Shown: positions 7,621 to 17,813, numbered from the stretch's first letter. The stretch is DNA of 36,571 nucleotides from an uncultured Bryobacterales bacterium (GCA_964649285.1 CAZYOX010000002.1:1-36571); one strand, 5' to 3'. The notes: generated by a model not told the origin, from the letters alone. A program made the numbers and translations.

Positions 7621-9222
7621 CTAGAGGGTGATGACTTGGTGGTCAACGCATTCCGCATTGATCGCTTCGTACACCCGGTCCAGTAGGCCGTCCCCGTATT
7701 GAGCCAGGAACGGCAACGCGCAATAGAGCCTTTCTTGCAGCGTCTTGCGCGGATAGATCCAGTTGGCTAGGCGATCGGCATCGCCGCGGCTGCGTTCGTT
7801 GCGCAACAAGCTTTCCCGGGCGGCCTTCTTCTGAATTTTCGTCAGCTGATAGTTAATCTTGCGGCTCGATCGTTGAAACGCATCGCCGAGCGTGGGGTCA
7901 AACGACGCGAGCGTTTGGTTGATTCGATCCAGTGCGTCGCCGATGACGGCGCCTTCGCTGTCGAAGCGCTCTTGCAATTCCGCAGGGGTAGTGAGACGGG
8001 CAATCCGGTCCTGAAGTTCGGCTAGCGGAACGAGACAGCCCGGAACGTCCAGCTGATAGCGCTCCAACAACTTTGCGGCGCGGCCGTCTAACAGCGTGAA
8101 TCCCGCGCGCGGCATGACCACCGGCATGCGGCCGAGAAGCATGTCATAAAGCACGGCAGACTGGGCCAAGTAGGCCAGCTCGGCCGGGCCGCCAACGAAG
8201 ACAGCGGTCGGCAGCAAGTAATCTTGCACCAACGGACGAAGTAGGGCGTTGGGCGAAAACCCTTCCGGATCACGCTTGATCAACTCCGCCAGGTCCGCCG
8301 GACTCTTCGCGCCGCCGTCGATTAAATACTGACCGTTCGAACGGCGGATCGCCGACCGCCGGCCGCCGCTCACTCGAAACAGAAGGCTGGAGCCTGGCCC
8401 GACCGCTACTTGTTGGTGATAGCCGGCGGCTTCCAACCCCTTGCCCCGTGCATTCAGCGCCGCGAGCGCCTGATCGCCGTTCTCGGCAAGCTTGCGGATG
8501 AGCTCGGCGGCGATCGGTCGCAAAACAGAGTCCATCGGGTCCAAAAAGATGAGCCCGTATGGCCTGAGCAGGTCTTCAAAGAGGCCACGGAATGCTTGCC
8601 CTAGGGTGCTGCCTTCCTTGTAGTGCGCCGCTGCCCTGCGCAGGACGTCTTCTCCTTCAGGCATCGCGGCGACGGCCGTGCGCAACGCGTCAGTCACCCC
8701 CGCTGGGAGCTTCGCAGAGCCTACCGGAGCGCTCTCCTTCGCGACAGCGCCGCCCTCGGCTCGAGACGGCTTGCCGGCGGCATCGAAGAGCCAAGCATGG
8801 TCCACTTCGGCCAGGTCGTGATCCTCGGTCGCCAGCCAGAACACCGCCACTGCGGGGATGCCCCGTTCTCGCAATGTGGCGGCATGCTTGGCCGCGGTCA
8901 GAGCTTTGAAGACCGAGAAAATAGGTCCGCCGAATAGCCCTACTTGCTGGCCGGTCGCCACGACGACCGTGCCCGCTTGGGCCAGGCGGTCGAGACTTGC
9001 TTGGGTTGCCGGGCCTGCCGCGCGATTCTGCTCTCGCAGTGCGGCGACGACTCTAGCTCGGCGCTCATCGGGATAAGCCATGCCGCGAATCGCGGTTTCT
9101 ACTGAGTCCAGGCTCGGCCGGTGAGGATAGAACTTCGCCGCCCGCTCGTAGTTGTAGAGGAGGTCAGTGAAGAGGGGCGTTGTCCCGGGCAGGGCTGTGT
9201 GAGGGATGCGGGCGACTTTCAT
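7621..9222 (-). CDS. bshC: Bacillithiol biosynthesis cysteine-adding enzyme BshC
   Basis: Length is about 533 aa. The N-terminus LFTDLLYNYERAAKFY, TGQQVGLFGGP, and the overall layout with a C-terminal coiled-coil region match the BshC family. Confidence 0.8.
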   Translation of the reverse strand: MKVARIPHTALPGTTPLFTDLLYNYERAAKFYPHRPSLDSVETAIRGMAYPDERRARVVAALREQNRAAGPATQASLDRLAQAGTVVVATGQQVGLFGGPIFSVFKALTAAKHAATLRERGIPAVAVFWLATEDHDLAEVDHAWLFDAAGKPSRAEGGAVAKESAPVGSAKLPAGVTDALRTAVAAMPEGEDVLRRAAAHYKEGSTLGQAFRGLFEDLLRPYGLIFLDPMDSVLRPIAAELIRKLAENGDQALAALNARGKGLEAAGYHQQVAVGPGSSLLFRVSGGRRSAIRRSNGQYLIDGGAKSPADLAELIKRDPEGFSPNALLRPLVQDYLLPTAVFVGGPAELAYLAQSAVLYDMLLGRMPVVMPRAGFTLLDGRAAKLLERYQLDVPGCLVPLAELQDRIARLTTPAELQERFDSEGAVIGDALDRINQTLASFDPTLGDAFQRSSRKINYQLTKIQKKAARESLLRNERSRGDADRLANWIYPRKTLQERLYCALPFLAQYGDGLLDRVYEAINAECVDHQVITL

Positions 9223-9327
9223 TGCGCGCGGAAACCGATCAATCGAGTCCGAAGGCGCCCACGCGCAACAAAGCGCCCAAGCGGAAACAGCGATGCGGCG
9301 GGTCCACCCTTCGATGAACCTCGCATC

Positions 9328-9379
9328 AGGATATCAAATGGCTCGCGCTGATTCGGGCCGTGCTGTCCGTTGATATCCT
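9328..9379. promoter_or_regulatory. Perfect 10-bp inverted repeat AGGATATCAA-N32-TTGATATCCT in the bshC/hemW divergent intergenic region
   Basis: Read directly. The arms at 9328-9337 and 9370-9379 are exact reverse complements, each containing GATATC. They are AT-rich in a GC-rich context. The right arm covers the TTG 9370 candidate start of hemW. Confidence 0.5.
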
Positions 9380-10506
9380 TTGGTTGGGATCTCGGTGCGA
9401 AAGTGTACGGAGCCTACATCTCCTATCCGTTTTGCCGCCAGAAGTGCACCTACTGCAACTTCGCCTCGGGCGTATTCGCGGCCGAATTGCAGTCGGCCTA
9501 CGTGCACGCTCTGCGCCAAGAGATTCTTGCCAGCGGCCAACTGACGTACGACACGCTCTATCTCGGAGGGGGAACGCCGAGTCTTCTGCCGGCAGCTGAC
9601 TTGGCCCTGCTCGTTGCGGCGCTTGGCGTCGAGGCCTTTCGAGAATTCACCATAGAGGCCGCGCCGGGCGATTTGACGGCCGAGAAAGCGAAAGCGTGGG
9701 CCAACATCGGCGTCAACCGCGTCAGCTTCGGCGTGCAAAGCTTCGACCAGAAAGTCGCCCGCGCCTCGGGCCGGAAACACACGGCGGAGACTGTGGCGAA
9801 TGAGATCGCCTTGTTGCGATCGGCCGGAATTGAACGCGTCAATGTGGACCTGATCGCCGGCCTTGCCTGGCAAACTCCTGAGAGTTGGACCGCTGAGTTC
9901 GAATGGATCGAGCGCTTGGGCGTGCGTCATGTCTCCGTCTACATGCTGGAATCCGACGACGACAGCCGCCTCGGAGCGGAGCTGAGAAAGGGCGGCACGC
10001 GCTATGGCGCCGGCGCGGTTCCTTCCGACGAGCAGATCGCCGATTCCTACCTTTACGCCGTCGAGCGATTGCGCGGCTTGGGCATCCAACGCTATGAGAT
10101 ATCGAACTTCGCAGCCCCGGATCACGAGTCGATGCACAACCGCAAGTACTGGACTCTTGAGCCGTACGTCGGCTTCGGCGCCGACGCCCATTCTTTTGAC
10201 GGGCAGCGCCGTTGGGCCAATGTTGCTGAGCCATCCGAATACGTCGGCCGGACGAAAGCAGGCCGGGCGATACGTATTACGGACGAAGTCATCGACGACG
10301 TCCGCCGCACGGAAGACTTGCTAATGACCGGTCTGCGAACCCGAGAAGGCGTGACGCTGCCTTTCGCTTCCCTGTCTAAGCTCGAAGCCCCAATCGTCAG
10401 ACTCAAAGATCTAGGCTGGTTAGAGCAGCCATCGCCAGATCGTCTTCGGTTGACCGATGCGGGCATCCTATTCTCGAATGAAGCCCTCGAACAACTCCTG
10501 TTCTGA
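9370..10506 (+). CDS. hemW: Radical SAM family heme chaperone HemW (HemN-like, oxygen-independent coproporphyrinogen oxidase-like)
   Basis: It has YISYPFCRQKCTYCNF (the CxxxCxxC radical SAM cluster), GGGTPS and a HemN_C-like C-terminus. The start is ambiguous between TTG 9370 and GTG 9403. Confidence 0.85.
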   Translation: MISFGWDLGAKVYGAYISYPFCRQKCTYCNFASGVFAAELQSAYVHALRQEILASGQLTYDTLYLGGGTPSLLPAADLALLVAALGVEAFREFTIEAAPGDLTAEKAKAWANIGVNRVSFGVQSFDQKVARASGRKHTAETVANEIALLRSAGIERVNVDLIAGLAWQTPESWTAEFEWIERLGVRHVSVYMLESDDDSRLGAELRKGGTRYGAGAVPSDEQIADSYLYAVERLRGLGIQRYEISNFAAPDHESMHNRKYWTLEPYVGFGADAHSFDGQRRWANVAEPSEYVGRTKAGRAIRITDEVIDDVRRTEDLLMTGLRTREGVTLPFASLSKLEAPIVRLKDLGWLEQPSPDRLRLTDAGILFSNEALEQLLF

Positions 10507-10515
10507 ACCACCTCT

Positions 10516-11547
10516 ATGACTTCCATCGCCGATTTTCGCAGTGATACCGTTACCCGTCCTACGCCCGAAATGCGGCGCGCGATGGCAGAGGCCGAGGTCG
10601 GCGACGATGTCTTCGGCGAAGACCCTACGGTCAACCAACTCGAAGCCCGAGCTGCTGAGATCCTTGGCAAGGAGGCGGCGCTATTCGTGCCAACGGGCAC
10701 AATGGGCAACCAGACAGCGATCAAGGCGCACACACAACCCGGCCAAGAGATCATCTGCGACGATCGTTCGCACGTGGTTCTTTTTGAAATGGGCATGCCG
10801 GCAGTGTTCTCGGGATGCCTCATTCGGGGCGTGCCGACGTCCGACGGGATACTCAGTTGGTCCGACGTGGCGGCGCGGTTGCGCTACCCCACAGACCATT
10901 TCCAAGGAACCGGTCTGGTCGTGATCGAGAATACTCACAATATGGCCGGGGGCACGGTTTATCCGCTCGCAACGATCGCGGAGATCGCCGAGAACGCACA
11001 TGCGGCCGGAATCCAAGTCCACATGGATGGGGCGCGCCTGTTCAACGCAGCCGCTGCGATGGGATATAGCGTTCGTGACGCCGTGGCGCCGGTCGATTCG
11101 GTTTGCGTTTGCTTATCGAAAGGCCTGGGAGCGCCCGTTGGCTCGGTGTTGGCCGGCACAGCGGAGTTCATCGGCCGCAGCAGGCGTATTCGCAAGGCCC
11201 TTGGCGGCGGCATGCGTCAGGCGGGCGTCATCGCGGCGGCCGCCCGCATCGCTCTCGAAGACGGCCCTCGTCAGTTGCCGGAGTCTCACGCCGATGCGCA
11301 GTATCTCGCTGCCGCCATTCGCGAGATGGACGGCGTAGAATTGCTCTTCGAGGTACAGACCAACATTCTCTTCTTCCGCCCGTCTCGCCCGGGCGTCTCG
11401 GCGGCATCGGTCGCCAGCGGCCTCAAGCAGCGCGGCGTGCTGGTAATCGCGATGGGCGATCGCATCCGCTTGCTTACCCATCGCGATGTCAATCGCGCTG
11501 ACTGTGAACGCGCCGTTGCCGCTCTAAAGGAATGCCTTCACGCCTAA
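10516..11547 (+). CDS. ltaE: Low-specificity L-threonine aldolase (PLP-dependent)
   Basis: [41 protein letters not shown] and the [15 protein letters not shown]-lysine region are typical of the beta-eliminating lyase / threonine aldolase family. Confidence 0.9.
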   Translation: MTSIADFRSDTVTRPTPEMRRAMAEAEVGDDVFGEDPTVNQLEARAAEILGKEAALFVPTGTMGNQTAIKAHTQPGQEIICDDRSHVVLFEMGMPAVFSGCLIRGVPTSDGILSWSDVAARLRYPTDHFQGTGLVVIENTHNMAGGTVYPLATIAEIAENAHAAGIQVHMDGARLFNAAAAMGYSVRDAVAPVDSVCVCLSKGLGAPVGSVLAGTAEFIGRSRRIRKALGGGMRQAGVIAAAARIALEDGPRQLPESHADAQYLAAAIREMDGVELLFEVQTNILFFRPSRPGVSAASVASGLKQRGVLVIAMGDRIRLLTHRDVNRADCERAVAALKECLHA

Positions 11548-12818
11548 TTTGCGTGAACAATCCCGTCTGCGATCACTTTTTTCGTTGCATCGATCCTGCT
11601 AAACAATAGAGCGGCCGTGATGCACAGTCCCGAGGCCACCAGGAACGGAATATTCCAGCCGTAGGCCTGTACCAGATATGCCAGGATCGTGGGCGACAGA
11701 GCGCCGCCGATGTTGCCCAAGGTATTCATGATCGCCGAGACCGAACCCGCGGAGTCTCCGCCGATATCCAGAGGGATTGCCCATGAGACGCCGACGGTGA
11801 CTTCGAGGCCAAAGAAGCCCAAACAGGAGAAGGCCACAGAGGCTTCCGGATTCTGGGTGAGAGCCGCCGGAATAATTCCTCCCGCGGCAAGCAGAAACCC
11901 AGCCATGGCTACGCTGCGGCGAGCCAACTTCAGATTGCCGGTTCGATGGGCCCACACATCCGAGACCCAGCCGCCGAGCAGGTCGCCCACCACTCCAGCC
12001 AGCAACGGTAGACTCGCATAGAGGCCCATTTCCGTTAGGTTGTAGCCCCGGTACTCGCGCAGATAGGTGGGGAACCAGTCGAGGTAAATCGCCAGGCAAT
12101 AACCGTAGCAGAAGTACATCAAAGACAGGTAACGAACCGTTGGGCTCGACAAGATGGCCCGCCACGGCACTTTTTGCGTTCCCGAACCCTTTGGACTGCC
12201 GATCGAAGAACGGATCAATTCGCGCTCGGCCTCGTTGGTTGAGGAATGCTCGTCCGGCGTATCGCGGTAATAGAAGAACCAAAATGCGGCCCACATAAGC
12301 CCAAGGCTTCCGAAGACGTAGAACGCCGCGCGCCAGCCGAATGCCACCATCAACGCCACCACGATCGGCGGCGTGAAAGCGGCGCCGAGGCGAGAACCGG
12401 CGTGCGTTACGCCTTGCGCGAAACCGCGCTCCGTGGGCAGCATCCAACGCGAGAGCGAACGCGTGGCTGTCGGGAATGCGCCGGCCTCTCCGACTCCGAA
12501 CAGGAAACGGAAGGCTGCCATCGACACAGAGCTCCAAGCCAAGGCCGTGGAGGCGGTAAATACGCTCCACCAAACGACGATTCCGGTCAAGGCTCTTCTA
12601 GGACCGAAGCGATCGCCGAGCCAGCCTCCGGGGATCTGAAACAGTGCATATCCCCAGCGAAAGGAAGCCAAGATCCAGCCCATTGTCACCAGATCAAACC
12701 CGAACTCGTCTTGGATGAGCGGCGCCGCGGAGGAGATCACCACACGATCCATGTACGTGATCATGTAGGCCGCGACGGTAAGCCAGAGAACAATATGCCG
12801 GACACGAGTAGGACGCAT
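11544..12818 (-). CDS. MFS transporter (anion:cation symporter / galactonate-glucarate-like subfamily)
   Basis: It shows a 12-TM hydrophobic pattern with [14 protein letters not shown] and [11 protein letters not shown] (the MFS loop 2-3 motif). ATG at 12818. Confidence 0.85.
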   Translation of the reverse strand: MRPTRVRHIVLWLTVAAYMITYMDRVVISSAAPLIQDEFGFDLVTMGWILASFRWGYALFQIPGGWLGDRFGPRRALTGIVVWWSVFTASTALAWSSVSMAAFRFLFGVGEAGAFPTATRSLSRWMLPTERGFAQGVTHAGSRLGAAFTPPIVVALMVAFGWRAAFYVFGSLGLMWAAFWFFYYRDTPDEHSSTNEAERELIRSSIGSPKGSGTQKVPWRAILSSPTVRYLSLMYFCYGYCLAIYLDWFPTYLREYRGYNLTEMGLYASLPLLAGVVGDLLGGWVSDVWAHRTGNLKLARRSVAMAGFLLAAGGIIPAALTQNPEASVAFSCLGFFGLEVTVGVSWAIPLDIGGDSAGSVSAIMNTLGNIGGALSPTILAYLVQAYGWNIPFLVASGLCITAALLFSRIDATKKVIADGIVHAN

Positions 12819-12946
12819 TAGAATTCTGCAATCGTAACACGGCTCGCTGTATGTCTTCGGGCCTCAAGTCTTAAGTCGTACGGTAGGCTCGACACCGCTC
12901 GCGGATGCGACAATTGGAAGCGGCTGTTCCCGGCCGATTCTCGAGC

Positions 12947-14377
12947 ATGTCGTATCCTTTCGAGTCCCCTGTGGACCCAGCCGGGGAACCCTCGCTCCAC
13001 TCGTTTTGGAGCCTGGTGCGCACTTCGCTCGCCGGCTACCGCCAGGACTACACCAAGCTCCCCTTGCCGCGGGCGATTCTGCTGCTCGCCGTTCCCATGA
13101 TGTTGGAGCTGATGATGGAGTCCACGTTCGGCTTGGTCGACATCTTTTTCGTCAGCAAGCTGGGCCCGGCAGCGGTCGCTGCGGTTGGCCTTACCGAGGC
13201 GGTCGTGATCTTCTTGTTCGCCGTCGCGCTAGGTCTCAGCATCGGCGCAACTGCGACGGTTGCGCGGCGTATTGGCGAGGGAGATGAAGAAGGCGCGGGC
13301 AAGGCTGCCATGCAGGCGATCTTGGCGGGGTTTGCGGTTTCCATTCCTTTCGGCCTCGTCGGCTGGTTCTGGGCGGAGGAAATCCTGACTTGGATGGGCG
13401 GCACGCCGGAAGTGGTCGCAGGCCACCGCTTCGCTGCAATCCTACTGGGCGGATCGCCCACGATTTTCTTGCTGTTTCTCAACAATGCAATTTTTCGCGG
13501 CGCCGGCGACGCGGCGATCGCCATGCGCGCTCTTTGGCTGGCGAACCTTGTCAATATCGTCCTCGATCCTTGCCTCATCTTCGGGCTTGGACCCTTCCCT
13601 GAGTTCGGCCTGGAAGGCGCCGCCATAGCTACGACCATCGGCCGCGCGGTGGGCGTGGTCTTCCAGTTTTGGGCGCTCATGTCCGGCGGTCGCCACATCG
13701 TTCTGCGCCGGGAACTGCTGCGTTTCGATTGGGGCATTATGCGGCCTCTGCTGTGCATCTCGCGCAGGGCCATGGCCCAGTTCTTCATCTCTACAGCGAG
13801 CTGGATGGGCGTGATGAGGATCGTCGCTCTGATGGGAGACGACGCGCTGGCCGGTTACACCATCGCGATACGGATCATCCATTTCGCCATTTTGCCGTCT
13901 TGGGGCATGAGTAACGCCGTCTCGACGCTCGTGGGACAGAACCTGGGCGCCAACCGGCCGGATCGCGCCGAGGAATCCGTCTGGTTGACGGGGCGCTACA
14001 ACTTTGGGTTCCTTGCTCTCACCGCCGTTGTGTTTGGTCTTTCCGCGGACTTCTTGGTCTCGCTGTTTACTCACGACGCGGCCGTGGTTGCAGCTGGAGC
14101 TGAAGCTTTGCGTGTTTCGAGCTTTGCTTACGTGTTCTCGGCTTACACCAGTGCGTTCTCCCAAGCATTCAACGGAGCCGGCGATTCCAGTACGCCAATG
14201 AAGATCAACTTCTATGTGCTGTGGCTTTTGCAGTTGCCGCTGGCCTATCTGTTTTCGCGTACGCTAGGTTTCGGCCTGACCGGAGCAATGGCAGCGATTG
14301 TCGTTTCCATGGCAGCTTGGGCCGTGGTTGGGTTCTTGGTTTTCCGCAGCGGCGTCTGGAAGCTCGCCCGCGTCTAA
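12947..14377 (+). CDS. MATE family efflux transporter
   Basis: It has ILLLAVPMMLE, a GLSIGATATVARRIGEG-type MatE repeat, and a duplicated 6-TM layout. The start is ATG 12947 or ATG 12905. Confidence 0.85.
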   Translation: MSYPFESPVDPAGEPSLHSFWSLVRTSLAGYRQDYTKLPLPRAILLLAVPMMLELMMESTFGLVDIFFVSKLGPAAVAAVGLTEAVVIFLFAVALGLSIGATATVARRIGEGDEEGAGKAAMQAILAGFAVSIPFGLVGWFWAEEILTWMGGTPEVVAGHRFAAILLGGSPTIFLLFLNNAIFRGAGDAAIAMRALWLANLVNIVLDPCLIFGLGPFPEFGLEGAAIATTIGRAVGVVFQFWALMSGGRHIVLRRELLRFDWGIMRPLLCISRRAMAQFFISTASWMGVMRIVALMGDDALAGYTIAIRIIHFAILPSWGMSNAVSTLVGQNLGANRPDRAEESVWLTGRYNFGFLALTAVVFGLSADFLVSLFTHDAAVVAAGAEALRVSSFAYVFSAYTSAFSQAFNGAGDSSTPMKINFYVLWLLQLPLAYLFSRTLGFGLTGAMAAIVVSMAAWAVVGFLVFRSGVWKLARV

Positions 14378-14421
14378 CCCCTGTTGACTCCGTGCTGCAC
14401 GGAAGGGCAAGCTGTAAGGCT

Positions 14422-15369
14422 ATGTCCGATAAAAAGCCTCGCGTCGTCGCCGATTCCCCCGATCAAATGGTTCTCGATTTCCTCGCGGATCGCGTGGAAC
14501 TTTTGCCCTGGGACGTTACGGTCAGCGGAGCAGACGATGTCGACGGCATCTACACCTATAGCCATCCTCACGTCGACGGCGCTGTTATGGATCGCCTGCC
14601 GGGCATTCGCATCATCAGCAACTACGGTGTGGGCGTTGATCACATCAACGTCAAGGACGCCGCCGATCGCGGAATCCCCGTCGGCCATACGCCCGGCGTT
14701 TTGAACGGCGCCACGGCCGACGTCGGCATGGCGTTGGTGCTTGCGGCCGGCCGGCGTATCGCCGAGGGCGACCGCTACGCTCGCTCGCCGCAATTCCTCG
14801 TTCACGATCCGGGCTTCATGTGGGGCCGCGAGGTTCACTCCAGCACTCTCGGCATCGTCGGCATGGGCGCCATAGGCCAAACGGTCGCCAAACGGGCCAA
14901 GGCATTCGATATGGACGTCCTTTACTACAACCGCCGCCGCCGGCCCGACGCCGAGGAAGCAGTCGGAGCGAAGTACGTTTCGCTGGACGAACTTCTGACT
15001 CAGTCCGACTACGTCATGCTCTGCTGCCCGCTCACTGCCGAGACGCGGGGTCTCATTGGCGCAGCCCAGCTGGCGAAGATGAAGCCGACCGCCACCCTGG
15101 TCAACATCGCCCGCGGAGGAGTCGTCGATACTCAAGCGCTCTACGAAGCCCTTCGCGACAAGGTCATTTGGTCCGCGGGGCTTGACGTCACCGATCCGGA
15201 GCCTTTGCCCAGGGACCACCCGCTGCTTAAGCTAGACAACGTGACGATTGTGCCGCACCTGGGCAGCGCTACCGTGCAAACGCGCAGCAAGATGGCTGAG
15301 AACTCGGTCGAGAACCTGATACGCGGTCTACGCGGAGAGCCGTTGCTGAACCAGGCGCCGGTGCCTTAA
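14422..15369 (+). CDS. D-isomer-specific 2-hydroxyacid dehydrogenase (glyoxylate/hydroxypyruvate reductase-like)
   Basis: It has GIVGMGAIGQTVAKR (NAD Rossmann), LVNIARGGVVD and PHLGSAT motifs. The start is taken at ATG 14422, because the longer ORF from 14221 overlaps the MATE gene. Confidence 0.9.
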   Translation: MSDKKPRVVADSPDQMVLDFLADRVELLPWDVTVSGADDVDGIYTYSHPHVDGAVMDRLPGIRIISNYGVGVDHINVKDAADRGIPVGHTPGVLNGATADVGMALVLAAGRRIAEGDRYARSPQFLVHDPGFMWGREVHSSTLGIVGMGAIGQTVAKRAKAFDMDVLYYNRRRRPDAEEAVGAKYVSLDELLTQSDYVMLCCPLTAETRGLIGAAQLAKMKPTATLVNIARGGVVDTQALYEALRDKVIWSAGLDVTDPEPLPRDHPLLKLDNVTIVPHLGSATVQTRSKMAENSVENLIRGLRGEPLLNQAPVP

Positions 15370-16385
15370 AGCAAACTGAAGTTGATCTCGTAGGTCACGC
15401 GGCAGGCGACATTGGCGCCGTCTTTGCGTGCGGGGCGGAATCGCCACTGCTTCAACGCCGTCAACGCCTGTTCGTCCAGCCCCAGCCCCAGCGGGCGTAC
15501 CACCTGCAGATTACGTGGCACGCCTTCCGTGTCGATTTCGACATGGATTCCAACGGAACCCTGCGAGCGGCCGATGAAGGCCTCCTCCGTGTACTCGGGT
15601 TCGATGCGCTCCACTAACTCAGGAGGACGATCCACCTCAGAGATCGGCAACGCTTGTAGTTCGACGTGACTGCCGGCCAATTGTGCCAGCAGCGGCGCTC
15701 TAACGGCGCGAGTCTCTTGCTCCAGATGGGAAGCCTGTTCGTGCTCCTGCATCCCGTGCAGCAATCGCGCCAAGTGCTCTTTTGCCTCCACGGTGCGAAG
15801 ATTGCTCGCTCCTAGGACGCGCTCTAGAATCTCAACCGCCGTGCGGTAGTAGGTCTCGGCCTTCTGGTCCCGCGACTGATTCTCATAGAGCACGGCCAAA
15901 TTGACGATGCTTTCAGCGACATCCGGATGCTCTCTGCCCAGGACCCGTACGCGTACTCCGAATCCATCGAGATAGAAGCTTTCAGCGGTGTCCAGTTTGC
16001 GGCGGCGGTGGTAGTAGCGTCCGACTTCGTTCAAGAAAGAGCCGTACTCGGCGCTTTCTCTCCCCCAGGCAGCTTGAGCGGGTTGCTCGGCTTGCCTATA
16101 GAGAGCTTCCGGCCGCGCTAGGTCGCCTTCCGCTCGGTGAGCGCGCGCTAGCCGCATTAGCGCCTCAGCTTTCCGAGGATCCGAATCGGGCAGGGCCGCA
16201 CCCAACTCAACCGCCGTTTCGAACAGTTCGGCCGCTTTGCCGTAGTCGCTCGCTGCCAAGGCGGCATCGCCTTCTCGTATGACGGTTTCCCAATCCGCAG
16301 TCTGCGCCGTCAGCGCTCCAGCCGCACAGATGGACCAGCAAATCAATGCGAGCCGCTGGGTTTTCGCAGCAGCGAAAATTCTCAT
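15366..16385 (-). CDS. Secreted TPR-repeat protein with C-terminal TonB_C domain
   Basis: A signal-peptide-like N-terminus (MRIFAAAKTQRLALICWSICAAGALTAQ) is followed by TPR-like helical repeats. The C-terminus EPEYTEEA..GSVGIHVEIDTEG...ALKQWRFRPARKDG matches TonB_C. Confidence 0.75.
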   Translation of the reverse strand: MRIFAAAKTQRLALICWSICAAGALTAQTADWETVIREGDAALAASDYGKAAELFETAVELGAALPDSDPRKAEALMRLARAHRAEGDLARPEALYRQAEQPAQAAWGRESAEYGSFLNEVGRYYHRRRKLDTAESFYLDGFGVRVRVLGREHPDVAESIVNLAVLYENQSRDQKAETYYRTAVEILERVLGASNLRTVEAKEHLARLLHGMQEHEQASHLEQETRAVRAPLLAQLAGSHVELQALPISEVDRPPELVERIEPEYTEEAFIGRSQGSVGIHVEIDTEGVPRNLQVVRPLGLGLDEQALTALKQWRFRPARKDGANVACRVTYEINFSLL

Positions 16386-16460
16386 GACCTCGAACAACCG
16401 GTCGCCCCGTAGGCCAGTTTACCAGTCCTCGAACGATGAGGTTGACGGATGAATCCGCTC

Positions 16461-17666
16461 TTAAGGGGCGTTGGAGCCGGGTGGTAACGCGGCGGCCGTG
16501 GCGTCTGCCAACCGGCTCACGGTGTTGAACTGCTCCACGGCCTGCAACGTTTTTGGGTGATCCGGCCCCAAGCTCTTCCGAAACGCCTCTACGGACTTCT
16601 TCATTGCGCCTGCGGCCTCGGCATAGCGTTGCTGATCCTGTAGCGCGCCGGCCAGGTTGTTGAGGCTGATCGCCGTTTCCAAATGGTCGGCCCCCGCAGC
16701 CTCTTCCCAAATCCGGACCGATCGCCGAAACTGCTCTTCGGCTTGAGGGGCAAGTCCTTGGTTGCGAAGCGTTTCGCCAAGGTTGTTGAGCAGCGTGGCG
16801 GTCTCCGCGTCCCGAGTAGCTCCGAGAGACTCGCGGATACTCAGAGCCTTTTCGAACAGCCCTTCCGAAGCGGCGAGATTCATGCGATTCGAATAAGCGG
16901 CGGCCAGATGGGCCATGTCCCGAGCGCCGGCCAATGTCTCGGACTGACCGACTTCTCGCCGAATCTCCGATGCTCGCTGCAGAGGAGCCATCGCTTTGAG
17001 GAAGTCCCCTTTCGCGGAGCGAATCACGCCCAAACTGCTGAATGCCTCCGCCAAAGCGATCTTGTCGTCCGGAGCGCCCTTGCTGAGCAGTTCCAAGGCG
17101 CGCTGCTGGTAGACCTCTGAGCGCTCGTAGTCGCCTTTGACGAAATAGATTAGCGACAACTCGCTTAGCGGCTCAGCCGTGTCGAGATGATCCGCTCCAC
17201 GATGCTTTTCCACGATGGCCAACCGCCTCAAGGCGACCTGTTCCGCGGAATCGGGTTTATTGAGCGTGAGGTATAAACTCGTCAGGCTGCTTAGGATCTT
17301 CGCCAGGTCGATTTGGTCTCGGCCGAATGCGCCTTCCAGCACCTCAAGAGCCCGGCGATACAACGTCTCCGCGCCCTCGTAATTACCTTCGCGGTGGTAG
17401 TGCAAGGCTAGAGCATTCAGGCAGGCTCCCACTCGTACGTTTGTAGTGCCGAAGGTCTCCGCATAGCGAAGCGCATTGACTAGCGCCTCTTCCGCTTCTT
17501 TCACCTTGCCCTGACGGTCCAACTCTTGACCGCGATTCAACTCGGACAGCCACGCGTCGTTCGGCGTCGGCGCCAAGGTCTGCGCGCGCAGCACCGAACT
17601 CGGCCCGGCGATCAACAAAAGAGCCGCCGTAATGACCTGTCCTAGGACTCGGATTCGCTTTAGCAC
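16461..17666 (-). CDS. Secreted tetratricopeptide (TPR_12 / kinesin-light-chain-like) repeat protein
   Basis: Repeated A..Y...L.I.E...G..H..TA motifs run along the protein. The start is taken at GTG 17666, giving the signal peptide VLKRIRVLGQVITAALLLIAGPSSVLRAQ. The ORF extension to 18347 overlaps the divergent gene and is not protein-like. Confidence 0.7.
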   Translation of the reverse strand: MLKRIRVLGQVITAALLLIAGPSSVLRAQTLAPTPNDAWLSELNRGQELDRQGKVKEAEEALVNALRYAETFGTTNVRVGACLNALALHYHREGNYEGAETLYRRALEVLEGAFGRDQIDLAKILSSLTSLYLTLNKPDSAEQVALRRLAIVEKHRGADHLDTAEPLSELSLIYFVKGDYERSEVYQQRALELLSKGAPDDKIALAEAFSSLGVIRSAKGDFLKAMAPLQRASEIRREVGQSETLAGARDMAHLAAAYSNRMNLAASEGLFEKALSIRESLGATRDAETATLLNNLGETLRNQGLAPQAEEQFRRSVRIWEEAAGADHLETAISLNNLAGALQDQQRYAEAAGAMKKSVEAFRKSLGPDHPKTLQAVEQFNTVSRLADATAAALPPGSNAP

Positions 17667-17813
17667 GTGGCCGAAAATGACCGGAGGAGTTTGGGCCGAC
17701 TCCTCGGAACACTCCTCAGTAATACAACTAAAAGAGAGGTGTAGCAAGGTCCAGCCTTCTTTAGTACCGGCAGGACCACGAGCGGGCCCAATTGGGTCCG
17801 CCAGATCGTTACA

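Noticed and set aside
9334-10191. A 285-aa minus-strand ORF antisense to hemW. Similar long antisense or alternative-frame ORFs occur at 10122-10823, 11599-12573, 13048-13788, 13442-14164, 14374-15219, 19191-20309, 20940-21545, 28035-28901, 28907-29545 and 32394-33254.
   Set aside because: Each overlaps a CDS with strong family motifs. Their translations are Arg/Gly/Pro/Ala/His-rich with no recognisable motifs, the typical stop-codon-poor shadow ORFs of GC-rich DNA.
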